NCBI GenBank assembly: GCA_020627865.1
Contig: JAHDGC010000006.1
Span: 1-28,728, forward strand
Length of the DNA: 28,728 nucleotides
Source of the DNA: Saprospiraceae bacterium
Lineage (GTDB): Bacteria > Bacteroidota > Bacteroidia > Chitinophagales > Saprospiraceae
Reading direction: 5' to 3'
Under the pieces are notes generated by a model. It had not been told where the DNA came from, did not search any database, and saw only the letters and a program-made list of their open reading frames with translations. Position numbers and translations under genes: made by a program. Of the stretch, positions 18,355 through 26,376 are shown piece after piece (the first letter of the stretch is position 1; every line of letters begins with the position of its first letter).

Positions 18355-19267
18355 AAAAATTACAGTTTTGGGAAAGCCAGTGGAATTGCCCCATCGGGTT
18401 TATTTCTAGGAAATAATATTCATTTTTCGGGGTTACAATCAGGTCAATGGAACCCGTATTCATCTCGGCTTTATCCATGAAAGCCCAGACTTTTGCTGTT
18501 ACTTCTGCCGGCAATTTAACAGGGACGCAACGATTGGGTTTTAACTGGTTGTAATTCCTGTAATCTATTTTTGTTTGTTCATCTCGCTGGGAAAAAATAG
18601 CCATACAAAAAAGTTGTTGACAAACTACAAAAATCCTGATTTCATATTTTTTGGGCACATACTGTTGTAAAAAAATCGGCACAAAAGTATCATTAAGCTT
18701 ACGAATATGCGTTTCGTTTATTTGCTTAACACCTGTAGAAAGTATGTGCTTATTCCGAGTAGTGATACTTACCGGTACGCGCAAATCTTTCGTAATAAGC
18801 GGTGCGAACTTTTCATAGAACGCAAGTAACTCGCCCCTATTATTCGTAATCAATGTGTTGGGTATTTTAAAACCAACGTCCTTTGCAATACTCAAATTAA
18901 CCAGTTTATTGTTATGAGACTCTTGCATCAAGGAGCCGATATAGTTTTCTTTTAGGTTTTCCTTTAGTTTATATTCTTGGTAATTAATCAACCGCATAGC
19001 CTCCTTTGAAACATACCTAACATAATCCTCTCGATTAGCATAATCTTCAAAGATTTCTTTGGGCAGCACACTATGAAAACCTCGACGATGCCAGACTTTC
19101 TCCGCATTAGCAAACACACCGATATGATCCTCAGTATTAGAAATCGTGGTTATGGACTTCACAAAATCATTGTTATTGAAACGCGTAAAGGATTTCCCTC
19201 GACTGATAAGCCACTCAACAACCAAGTCTGTGGTCATGTCCCGTTTCTCTGAAATTATGTAGATCAT
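18308..19267 (-). CDS. ATP-grasp peptide ligase (graspetide / microviridin-type maturase, grasp-with-spasm-type).
   Basis: The 319-aa protein has an ATP-grasp fold (RimK/MvdD-like: KDLRVPVSITTRNKH..., EIRIFVV..., SIDLIVTPKNEYYFLEINPMGQF). It lies directly downstream of two precursor-peptide genes. Confidence 0.75.
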   Translation of the reverse strand: MIYIISEKRDMTTDLVVEWLISRGKSFTRFNNNDFVKSITTISNTEDHIGVFANAEKVWHRRGFHSVLPKEIFEDYANREDYVRYVSKEAMRLINYQEYKLKENLKENYIGSLMQESHNNKLVNLSIAKDVGFKIPNTLITNNRGELLAFYEKFAPLITKDLRVPVSITTRNKHILSTGVKQINETHIRKLNDTFVPIFLQQYVPKKYEIRIFVVCQQLFCMAIFSQRDEQTKIDYRNYNQLKPNRCVPVKLPAEVTAKVWAFMDKAEMNTGSIDLIVTPKNEYYFLEINPMGQFHWLSQNCNFYVERAIAKFLCDEKT

Positions 19268-19305
19268 AAAGCTATTTTTAAAAGAACTCAGGTTGAAAGA
19301 AAGAC

Positions 19306-19327
19306 TTCGGGATCATAGCGTCCCGAA
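19306..19327 (-). terminator. Stem-loop (ttcggga-tcatagcg-tcccgaa) between precursor gene 1 and the ATP-grasp gene: a probable partial terminator or attenuator.
   Basis: A 7-bp perfect stem is followed on the minus strand by tctttctttc. The analogous hairpin after precursor gene 2 (19541..19580, tcgggg...ccccga) shares the flanking gaaagatttcggg sequence. Confidence 0.4.
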
Positions 19328-19354
19328 ATCTTTCTTCGAATTCTCGGTTACAAA

Positions 19355-19477
19355 TTATATTGGGTATAATTCCAATGTTTCTGTATCTAGAATATCAGTA
19401 CGACCGCAAGTGTATACTAATTTTCCACCAAAGATTACTTCTGAATTGTTCAATTCAAATTTTTCAAAATTTTTCAT
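19355..19477 (-). CDS. RiPP precursor peptide 1 (40 aa): MKNFEKFELNNSEVIFGG / KLVYTCGRTDILDTETLELYPI.
   Basis: Hand-translated from the minus strand. It ends in TAA at 19355. The core is rich in Thr, Asp and Glu, as graspetide ester/amide-forming cores are. It has a GG leader end and lies immediately upstream of the ATP-grasp gene. Confidence 0.7.
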   Translation of the reverse strand: MKNFEKFELNNSEVIFGGKLVYTCGRTDILDTETLELYPI

Positions 19478-19607
19478 AATAAAATTATTTTAAGTTTTAA
19501 TAAAGGATTAGTTTTTTTTGGAAATGTTGAGGTAAAGATCTCGGGGATTTTATACCGCGAGCGATGTAAAAGCGCCCCGAAATCTTTCTATTGAATCATT
19601 GAGATGA

Positions 19608-19730
19608 CTAGATTGGGTAAAGCTCCAATGTTTCTGTGTCAACGATGTCCGTACGGCCACGTGTGTACACTAACTCACCACCAAAGATTACCTCAGAGTT
19701 ATTCAACTCAAATTTTTCAAAATTTTTCAT
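19608..19730 (-). CDS. RiPP precursor peptide 2 (40 aa): MKNFEKFELNNSEVIFGG / ELVYTRGRTDIVDTETLELYPI.
   Basis: A tandem paralogue of peptide 1 with an identical leader and three core substitutions (K19E, C24R, L29V). The shared downstream sequence indicates a gene-plus-hairpin duplication. Confidence 0.7.
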   Translation of the reverse strand: MKNFEKFELNNSEVIFGGELVYTRGRTDIVDTETLELYPI

Positions 19731-19845
19731 AATAAATTGTTTTTTTAAGTTTAATAAAAAATTAACTCCTACTCTATTAAAGGATTTTCGGATAGCTCCC
19801 TATTTTGAATTGATCGATCTTATCCTAAATTAATTATTGCGGGTA

Positions 19846-22563
19846 TTAAAAATCATATTTCAAACTCCCGAGAAAATACCTTGATTGGATGAAATATTCA
19901 TTTGTACTGATCAAGGCATCAGAGAAAAAATCTTGCCGAATAGACTTTGTATCCAACAGATTCAGGCAGGCAATTTTAAACTCAAACGGACTGTCCTTCT
20001 TCTTATAGTAAAGTTCAGCATTTAAAAGATCATACACCCCAGAGGTTGCCGAATCCTTACTCTTATACCAGTTATATTCATAATCTGCTACAAGAATAAA
20101 ACTCTTCAGAAACGAAACTTCTATATTCATAAAAGGTCGGTTTGTAATATACTGCTGACCTGAAACTACATTGTTACCGTAACGATTTACAATATATTTA
20201 AAACCAACTTCCAGTACAGGAAAATTATCTGCTACAGTCTCTATGCTACCCACATACCGTTGCGTAAAACTATTGTTAAATGTAAGTTCATTATCTTCAA
20301 ACAAGCTATTGTATTTGGCATAAGACAAATTCGCATTTACATCCAATTTAAGAAATTTAAATCGTCTTTCATATGCCCCTAGGACTGATAGAAAATCATT
20401 GGGTTCTCCAACATTCACAGGGATAGAAACCCGCTCAAGTCCATTGTATATGATCCGTGTATTGATGTGGTCATATTTTTTCTGAAAAGACAGCATGCCG
20501 TATATATTCGTAAAATTGAATAAATTTAGGGAAGAATAATTCAGGCTCAGGTTATGGTACCAAGCATTATTCAAACTTGAATTCCCATAAAATAAATCAT
20601 TGTAATCCCTAAGTACACTATTTTGAGCATACTGCTGAACATCAAAAAACTCTGCTTGTATCGAATAATCCAGCTTTAAAGAAATAGACTTCCGAAACTT
20701 GTATTTGGCATTAAAATATGGCAACATTATATATTTACTGAAACTTTCCGTATTTCCCAACTGTGTATTTTCAAGTTGGAACCGGTGGAAAGTCAGCCCA
20801 GGGTTTATGGTCAATTTACCAATTTTCGACTTCGCACCTAGCCCTATAAAAGCATCTTGAAATTGATAAGTAACATTATTATTCAAACCATCTTCCCCAA
20901 AATCTACATCTTGCCCTCCTCTCATTTTTTGCAGCAGTCCCGATTCTAACTGTTGGTTGCTGAAGGTATATCCTCCTGTAAAATTCAGATGATTAGTCTT
21001 GTTCAAGATATAGTAATGATTCAGTGTAAAATCCATCTTATGGGTATAAATCCTGCTATCTTGAAAAAGATTGTAAACGGTATCGGTATTCAATGGAATA
21101 ATATCGGGAAAAAGCTGTTCTGTTGTTGCCAGCGCATAACCCGTTTTTTTATTGTTATACTGCTGACTAAAACCCAGCACGGATACGTTCTTGTCATTCT
21201 CATTGTAAAACACGTCCACTTTTTGTCGGAACGCAGGCACCACAATACTATGATCTGCATCAAAAGCTCTGGTATCAAAATCACTCTCAGAGCGCAACAT
21301 TTTCTGCTCCGTGGTTTTATGATGCTTGAGCATAAAATCATGCTCTATATGCAAATCTGGATGCGGTGTATATCTCGTGTTGAACTTCAACATCCCAGTC
21401 GCAGTACCTTGTTCATTTGTTGAAATTAAACGCTCGCTATTATTTCCCTGACGAATATACAACCTGCTGGCCTGATCTTCAATCAAGGATGTTAAATCAG
21501 AGGCTATCGCAAATCCAGAGAACGCTAATTTACTGTTAGGATTCCAAGTAAAATTAAATGCACCTACCTTTGCATCCATATTTCTAGCTTTATTTTCCTT
21601 CATTAAACCTAACCCTAATTCATCTGAGGAAAGTTGCATGGACACACCCGATTTTTTCCCTAGATTATTAAGCCCACCGTTAAAGCGGAAATAATCCTGT
21701 ACCGAGAAGACCTGTTGGCTAATATTATTTACATTGCCGATAAAGTTAATACTGACTTTAGGCCTAAAGTAAAATACATTCGCATGACCAAGGTATCTTT
21801 TTTCGGGGCCAGCCCCTGCCTCAGCAGAACCAAACACGATATTCTGTTTGCCTTCTTTCAGCCTAATATCTATGGCCAACTTATGATCTCCTCCCAAGCC
21901 ATTCATCGGAGTAAATGAATTGTTATCGTTGAATAAATTTATCTTATCCACAACATTAGCCGGAATATTATTGGTAGCCAGCTTCGTATCTCCTGTAAAG
22001 AAATCTTTTCCATCAACAGTCAGTTTATCCACCTTCTCTCCATTCACTTTAATCTGACCGTTTTCCCCGACTTCAAACCCTGGCAACTGCTCAAACACGT
22101 CTTTAAGTTTGCGCTCCTTTCCCGTTGTAAAAGCCTCGGCCCTATAGCTAATAGTATCCCCAGAAACCGCAACAGGTAGCTCGTATACTACAGTAACTTC
22201 ACTCAGGTTATTAGCAGCGGGTTGCAATACAATGGTTTTAAATCCGTACTCTCTTGTTAGGTCTACTATTTCACTCCAATCCTCGTATCCCAGATAACTC
22301 ACCTTTAGCAAGTAGCTCGAATCCTGATCAAGTTCAATTTTGAAACGGCCTTCACTATCAGTTATGGCAAAGGAACGAATTGGTCCATTCTCTTCGGTAA
22401 GTCCAATAACATTGGCAAAAGATAAAGGTTCCTGTTCCGTGTTATAAACAACACCTTCTACAAATACCTGCTGTGCCTGTACAACTCCCGCACTCCACAA
22501 AATTAAACAGATCAAGGGGAATAGGCTCCTGAATACTAATATGTTCGTTTTATAATTTCTCAT
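19846..22563 (-). CDS. Outer-membrane beta-barrel protein, TonB-dependent-receptor-like with an N-terminal carboxypeptidase-regulatory-like domain.
   Basis: The 905-aa protein has a signal peptide (LICLILWSAGVVQAQQ) and a CarbopepD_reg-like beta-sandwich (VEGVVYNTEQEPLSFANVIGL...SEGRFKIEL). A long beta-rich region follows, ending in an aromatic terminal residue (..LGSLKYDF). Confidence 0.75.
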   Translation of the reverse strand: MRNYKTNILVFRSLFPLICLILWSAGVVQAQQVFVEGVVYNTEQEPLSFANVIGLTEENGPIRSFAITDSEGRFKIELDQDSSYLLKVSYLGYEDWSEIVDLTREYGFKTIVLQPAANNLSEVTVVYELPVAVSGDTISYRAEAFTTGKERKLKDVFEQLPGFEVGENGQIKVNGEKVDKLTVDGKDFFTGDTKLATNNIPANVVDKINLFNDNNSFTPMNGLGGDHKLAIDIRLKEGKQNIVFGSAEAGAGPEKRYLGHANVFYFRPKVSINFIGNVNNISQQVFSVQDYFRFNGGLNNLGKKSGVSMQLSSDELGLGLMKENKARNMDAKVGAFNFTWNPNSKLAFSGFAIASDLTSLIEDQASRLYIRQGNNSERLISTNEQGTATGMLKFNTRYTPHPDLHIEHDFMLKHHKTTEQKMLRSESDFDTRAFDADHSIVVPAFRQKVDVFYNENDKNVSVLGFSQQYNNKKTGYALATTEQLFPDIIPLNTDTVYNLFQDSRIYTHKMDFTLNHYYILNKTNHLNFTGGYTFSNQQLESGLLQKMRGGQDVDFGEDGLNNNVTYQFQDAFIGLGAKSKIGKLTINPGLTFHRFQLENTQLGNTESFSKYIMLPYFNAKYKFRKSISLKLDYSIQAEFFDVQQYAQNSVLRDYNDLFYGNSSLNNAWYHNLSLNYSSLNLFNFTNIYGMLSFQKKYDHINTRIIYNGLERVSIPVNVGEPNDFLSVLGAYERRFKFLKLDVNANLSYAKYNSLFEDNELTFNNSFTQRYVGSIETVADNFPVLEVGFKYIVNRYGNNVVSGQQYITNRPFMNIEVSFLKSFILVADYEYNWYKSKDSATSGVYDLLNAELYYKKKDSPFEFKIACLNLLDTKSIRQDFFSDALISTNEYFIQSRYFLGSLKYDF

Positions 22564-22565
22564 GG

Positions 22566-23396
22566 TTAGCTCCTTTCCTTCTTACGTTTCGTTTCGGACA
22601 TCTTCATCATTTCTGCCAGTTTTTCATTGTACATTTTTTTGAAGGAAGCTTTATTGGTTTTCTTTCCTTTACAAGGCTTCTTAATTTTAACTTCTTCCGT
22701 AGGATTGAGTATAATTTTGGAGCAAGTAATACGAATCCTATCGTTACTCACTTCAAGGATAAAGCCTGGAAGTCCCCAGTATTGGGCAGGTCCTTGGCTA
22801 ATCGGGATACTAGGTGTATACCATGCTGTTATGGTGGTTTTGACTATTTTCTCCCCCGGTTTTCCATCATTAGCTATTTTTGTAAAATCCGGTTTTTTCA
22901 CTTCTTTTATTGCCGTAGCCTTATAGCAAGTGTATGTTCCTATTTGCTTGGTTTCGTTGTCAAGTGTCCAATCCAGTTGCTCTAACTTATCCTTAAGCAA
23001 GAACAGTTTCCCAAAAACGTCCCTATTTTCCAGAGATGTCATTTCCGCAGTGTTCTTATACAAACCGCCATCAGATCCACCTCCAAGCCCAACAACTTCC
23101 AGCTCCTTTCCTTGTCCTGTACTTTTTAATTTCGGAATTTCCTTGTAGAGTGATTCTGTCCGATTGAAAGCCAACTCGTACTCTTTCTGCATCGCCCTTC
23201 TGATTTTATCATTAAGCGCTTGTTCATCAATAGTTGTTTTTTTTACAGTATGTTTTGTACTATCTGTATCCTCAACAGGATCGATTGAAATTTCATTTAT
23301 AGACTCTGTATGATAAAAAGCCTTGCCATGAACGTCTTGCCCGTACGAATTAAACATGGCGAAACAAACGAATGCAAATACTAATAACTTTTTCAT
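22566..23396 (-). CDS. GLPGLI-family protein.
   Basis: The 276-aa protein has a signal peptide and a YWGLPGFILEV motif, the diagnostic GLPGLI box. The gene ends 3 bp before the outer-membrane barrel gene, the usual pairing for this family in Bacteroidota. Confidence 0.7.
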   Translation of the reverse strand: MKKLLVFAFVCFAMFNSYGQDVHGKAFYHTESINEISIDPVEDTDSTKHTVKKTTIDEQALNDKIRRAMQKEYELAFNRTESLYKEIPKLKSTGQGKELEVVGLGGGSDGGLYKNTAEMTSLENRDVFGKLFLLKDKLEQLDWTLDNETKQIGTYTCYKATAIKEVKKPDFTKIANDGKPGEKIVKTTITAWYTPSIPISQGPAQYWGLPGFILEVSNDRIRITCSKIILNPTEEVKIKKPCKGKKTNKASFKKMYNEKLAEMMKMSETKRKKERS

Positions 23397-23549
23397 AACA
23401 AAAATGATTTTACTTTTACTTTAATAATTCTTCAATCTTTCCCTAGATTACTCAGCGATACGATCTTGTCTCAATCGCAATGTCACTGTTATCTTGGGAT
23501 ATATCAATCATAGAAAATTCAATTTTTCTACCTGTCGACAGTAAGGTCA

Positions 23550-23972
23550 TTAAAATCTAACAGTTAAAAATGCATCTGAAAGTTTAATGCTGTATCTTCC
23601 AGCCTGGATAGTCCAAGGCTGTTTCATAAAATCTATTTTAACAGTATAAGGTTCTTCGACGATGAAAACAGAATTAAAATGCTGATCAAGAATCACTTTA
23701 TTTATGGTACTTCTAAGAAAAGCTAACTCAAAATATAAGTCTTCATCATAAGAGACAACAGCATATGTTAGCGCCTTATCTCCACAACAATCCGAAACAT
23801 CGTAAGACAATTTCTTTGGGTAAACTCCTTCTATTCGACAGATACCAAAATTTTTACAGTTGGAGCTTGGCCGTCCAAGTACTACCTCGGCAAAACCTTG
23901 TTTTATTTCAGGGCTGTGCTTGGCTGCCTCCCTTTTTACAACTTGTTTTACAGATGTTTTTCGGCTATTCAT
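23550..23972 (-). CDS. Hypothetical protein (140 aa).
   Basis: The ORF has protein-like composition. I recognise no motif. Confidence 0.4.
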   Translation of the reverse strand: MNSRKTSVKQVVKREAAKHSPEIKQGFAEVVLGRPSSNCKNFGICRIEGVYPKKLSYDVSDCCGDKALTYAVVSYDEDLYFELAFLRSTINKVILDQHFNSVFIVEEPYTVKIDFMKQPWTIQAGRYSIKLSDAFLTVRF

Positions 23973-24797
23973 TGTAGTATCATTTTATTTCGTTCTATAT
24001 TTGATATTACAAAGATGCTTGTAATTATGGGATGTGACTATGACAATATTAGATATTTTGTTAGATACACCTCATATAAAAACACTACAACAAAAAAACA
24101 TAAAAGTCTGATAGTCAAAATTATACATCATTTAGCTCGTCATGAATAATTATCTCCTCATAATGTACTTTTTCTTCTTCATTCAAATTATTGTAGTCTG
24201 CTTCTGATGTAATAATGCCCCATGAAATTAATATAGCTATTATGATAGTAATCATATCTCTCAAGTTTTAATAGTTAATAAATATTTGTTGGTATCTGTG
24301 TCTACTACAAAGTTAAGGCAAACATCAAGAAAGAAAGTAGACAGAAAATAGCCTCGTGTGAGATATTGATTGAAAGGCAACTTGCTTTATCTGAATACAT
24401 AAACTTTTGATTACAAACCCATTCAAAGAAAAAGGAACCCTATTTATTTTATAAATTATTCTTATCTTGCAGTATTTTTAAACAAAAAAAATAGCTGTTT
24501 TCCCAAGCGCTAACATTCGAGCATTACAATTCTTTGAATCTTTTTGGCGTAAAATATAAAGCATATATAAACGCCCCAACCAAATCGACAGGTTTCATGA
24601 CTGTCTCTTTTTCTCTATGCTTCGCAGAATATTTCTACTGTGACAGCTGTGTAGAAATTTTTCGTCTAGCCCTTCCAAGGAAACGGCTAGCCTAGCTCAA
24701 AATAGCTGGGTCAAAAATGTCGATTTGATAAGGTTCACAACTTAAATAGAATTGGATTTTTAAATTTGAGAGATTATAAAATAATAAAAGTATAGAC

Positions 24798-26342
24798 ATG
24801 AGAGAATTAAAAGAACTGGCATACATTCTGACCAAGCATAAGGTTCGGTCTATAGAGATCATAGGCAGCGATGATATGCAACACGATTCAAAACTTTATA
24901 AATTATATGAAGCTGTTCAACAAAAAAAAGTAGAAACGGATTTGGATGCAGCAGAATTTATTTATGGAAAAAGAGAAGTTTCTGCCAAATATCGCAACCT
25001 CAAACACAACCTCAAAAATCGTTTACTTAATACTATTTTCTTTATTGAGAATAATGACTCTGATAGAAAAAAAGCACACTATAACTGTTGGAAGCAATGG
25101 TCTGCTTGTGTAATTCTGAAAGAAAAATCAGCAGAGCATACGGCAACTAAACTGGCAGAGAAGATTATCAAACAAGCAATAGAACACGAGTTTGCCGATA
25201 TTGTCGTAGCCGTTAGCCTTTACCTCCGGTTTTATCATGGCTTGAGAACGAAGAGCAGAAAAAAATTTGAACATTACAACGCCATATATCATCAATACAA
25301 GGAAATAGAAGACTATCAAAACTTGGTCCATGAGTATTACATTAAGCTTGTTATGGATTATGCATTGGAAAGTGTTACGGTCAATGCCAAAATTAAGGAA
25401 GAAGGCGAAAAATTCTATGCGGAATTGGCTCCGATGAAAGATAAGATACCCACTATAAAATTTCACCACTATTTGTATCAAATCCAATTGCTCACTACAA
25501 TGGGTGTCTTTAATTATCGAAAAGCAAAGGAAGTGTGTACCGAGGCTCTTCAGTTTTTACAAAACAACAAAACCCCTTTTTATAGCGGTATAAGAATATT
25601 TTTGCTGAACAAAATGACCTGCCATATACAGCTAAAAGAATATGAAGAGGGAAAAAAAACCGCAAAGGAATGCGAGGAATTATTGGAAGAAGGCGCCTTC
25701 AACTGGTTCAAGGCCAAGGAGTTTTTTTTCATGCTCTCTATGCACACAGCCAACTACCAAGATGCTTACTATACCTATAAAGATGTCATCCCCCATCCTA
25801 GATTTCGCAACTATAAAGCCATCTTTCAGGAAACTTGGTTATTGAACCAAATGTACCTTCACTTCCTGTTTTTAATAGGAGAAATCAAACCGTATGAGGA
25901 TGATAATAAGTTTAACACGATCCGCTTGGGAAAATTCCTCAATCAAGTTCCTAATTTTTCAAAAGACAAACATGGCATGAACATTCCCATTTTAATCATA
26001 CAAATGGCTTTCTTGATTTTCCAGAAAAAATATGATTATGCCATAGATAGAATCGAGGCACTCGAAAAATACTGTTTCCGATACCTAAAAAAAAATAACC
26101 CTAACTTCCGGTGTAACTGTTTCATACAGATGTTGTTGCAAATACCCATATCGGGCTTCCACCGCTCTGGCGCAGAACGCCGAGCATTAAAATACTTTAA
26201 TAAAATGAAAACGGTAGAAATCAACTTTAACAATCAGGCTCATGAATTAGAAATTATTCCATTCGAGATGATGTGGGAATTTATCCTTGCATCATTACAG
26301 AATAAGTTCCATAAAGTAAACCGACCAAACTACCAAAAATAA
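24798..26342 (+). CDS. Hypothetical protein (514 aa), predicted all-alpha.
   Basis: A long ORF rich in K/E/Y/F with helical repeat-like composition. I recognise no family. Confidence 0.55.
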   Translation: MRELKELAYILTKHKVRSIEIIGSDDMQHDSKLYKLYEAVQQKKVETDLDAAEFIYGKREVSAKYRNLKHNLKNRLLNTIFFIENNDSDRKKAHYNCWKQWSACVILKEKSAEHTATKLAEKIIKQAIEHEFADIVVAVSLYLRFYHGLRTKSRKKFEHYNAIYHQYKEIEDYQNLVHEYYIKLVMDYALESVTVNAKIKEEGEKFYAELAPMKDKIPTIKFHHYLYQIQLLTTMGVFNYRKAKEVCTEALQFLQNNKTPFYSGIRIFLLNKMTCHIQLKEYEEGKKTAKECEELLEEGAFNWFKAKEFFFMLSMHTANYQDAYYTYKDVIPHPRFRNYKAIFQETWLLNQMYLHFLFLIGEIKPYEDDNKFNTIRLGKFLNQVPNFSKDKHGMNIPILIIQMAFLIFQKKYDYAIDRIEALEKYCFRYLKKNNPNFRCNCFIQMLLQIPISGFHRSGAERRALKYFNKMKTVEINFNNQAHELEIIPFEMMWEFILASLQNKFHKVNRPNYQK

Positions 26343-26376
26343 ATTTCGCAACAATAGAAAGACCAAATACTATTTT

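Noticed and set aside
20953-23148. Plus-strand ORFs antisense to the outer-membrane barrel and GLPGLI genes.
   Set aside because: These are shadow ORFs of the minus-strand genes.
24121-24255. Minus-strand 44-aa ORF MITIIIAILISWGIITSEADYNNLNEEEKVHYEEIIIHDELNDV (a TM helix plus an acidic tail).
   Set aside because: It is plausible as a small membrane protein but sits in an AT-rich spacer with no supporting context. It cannot be distinguished from chance.
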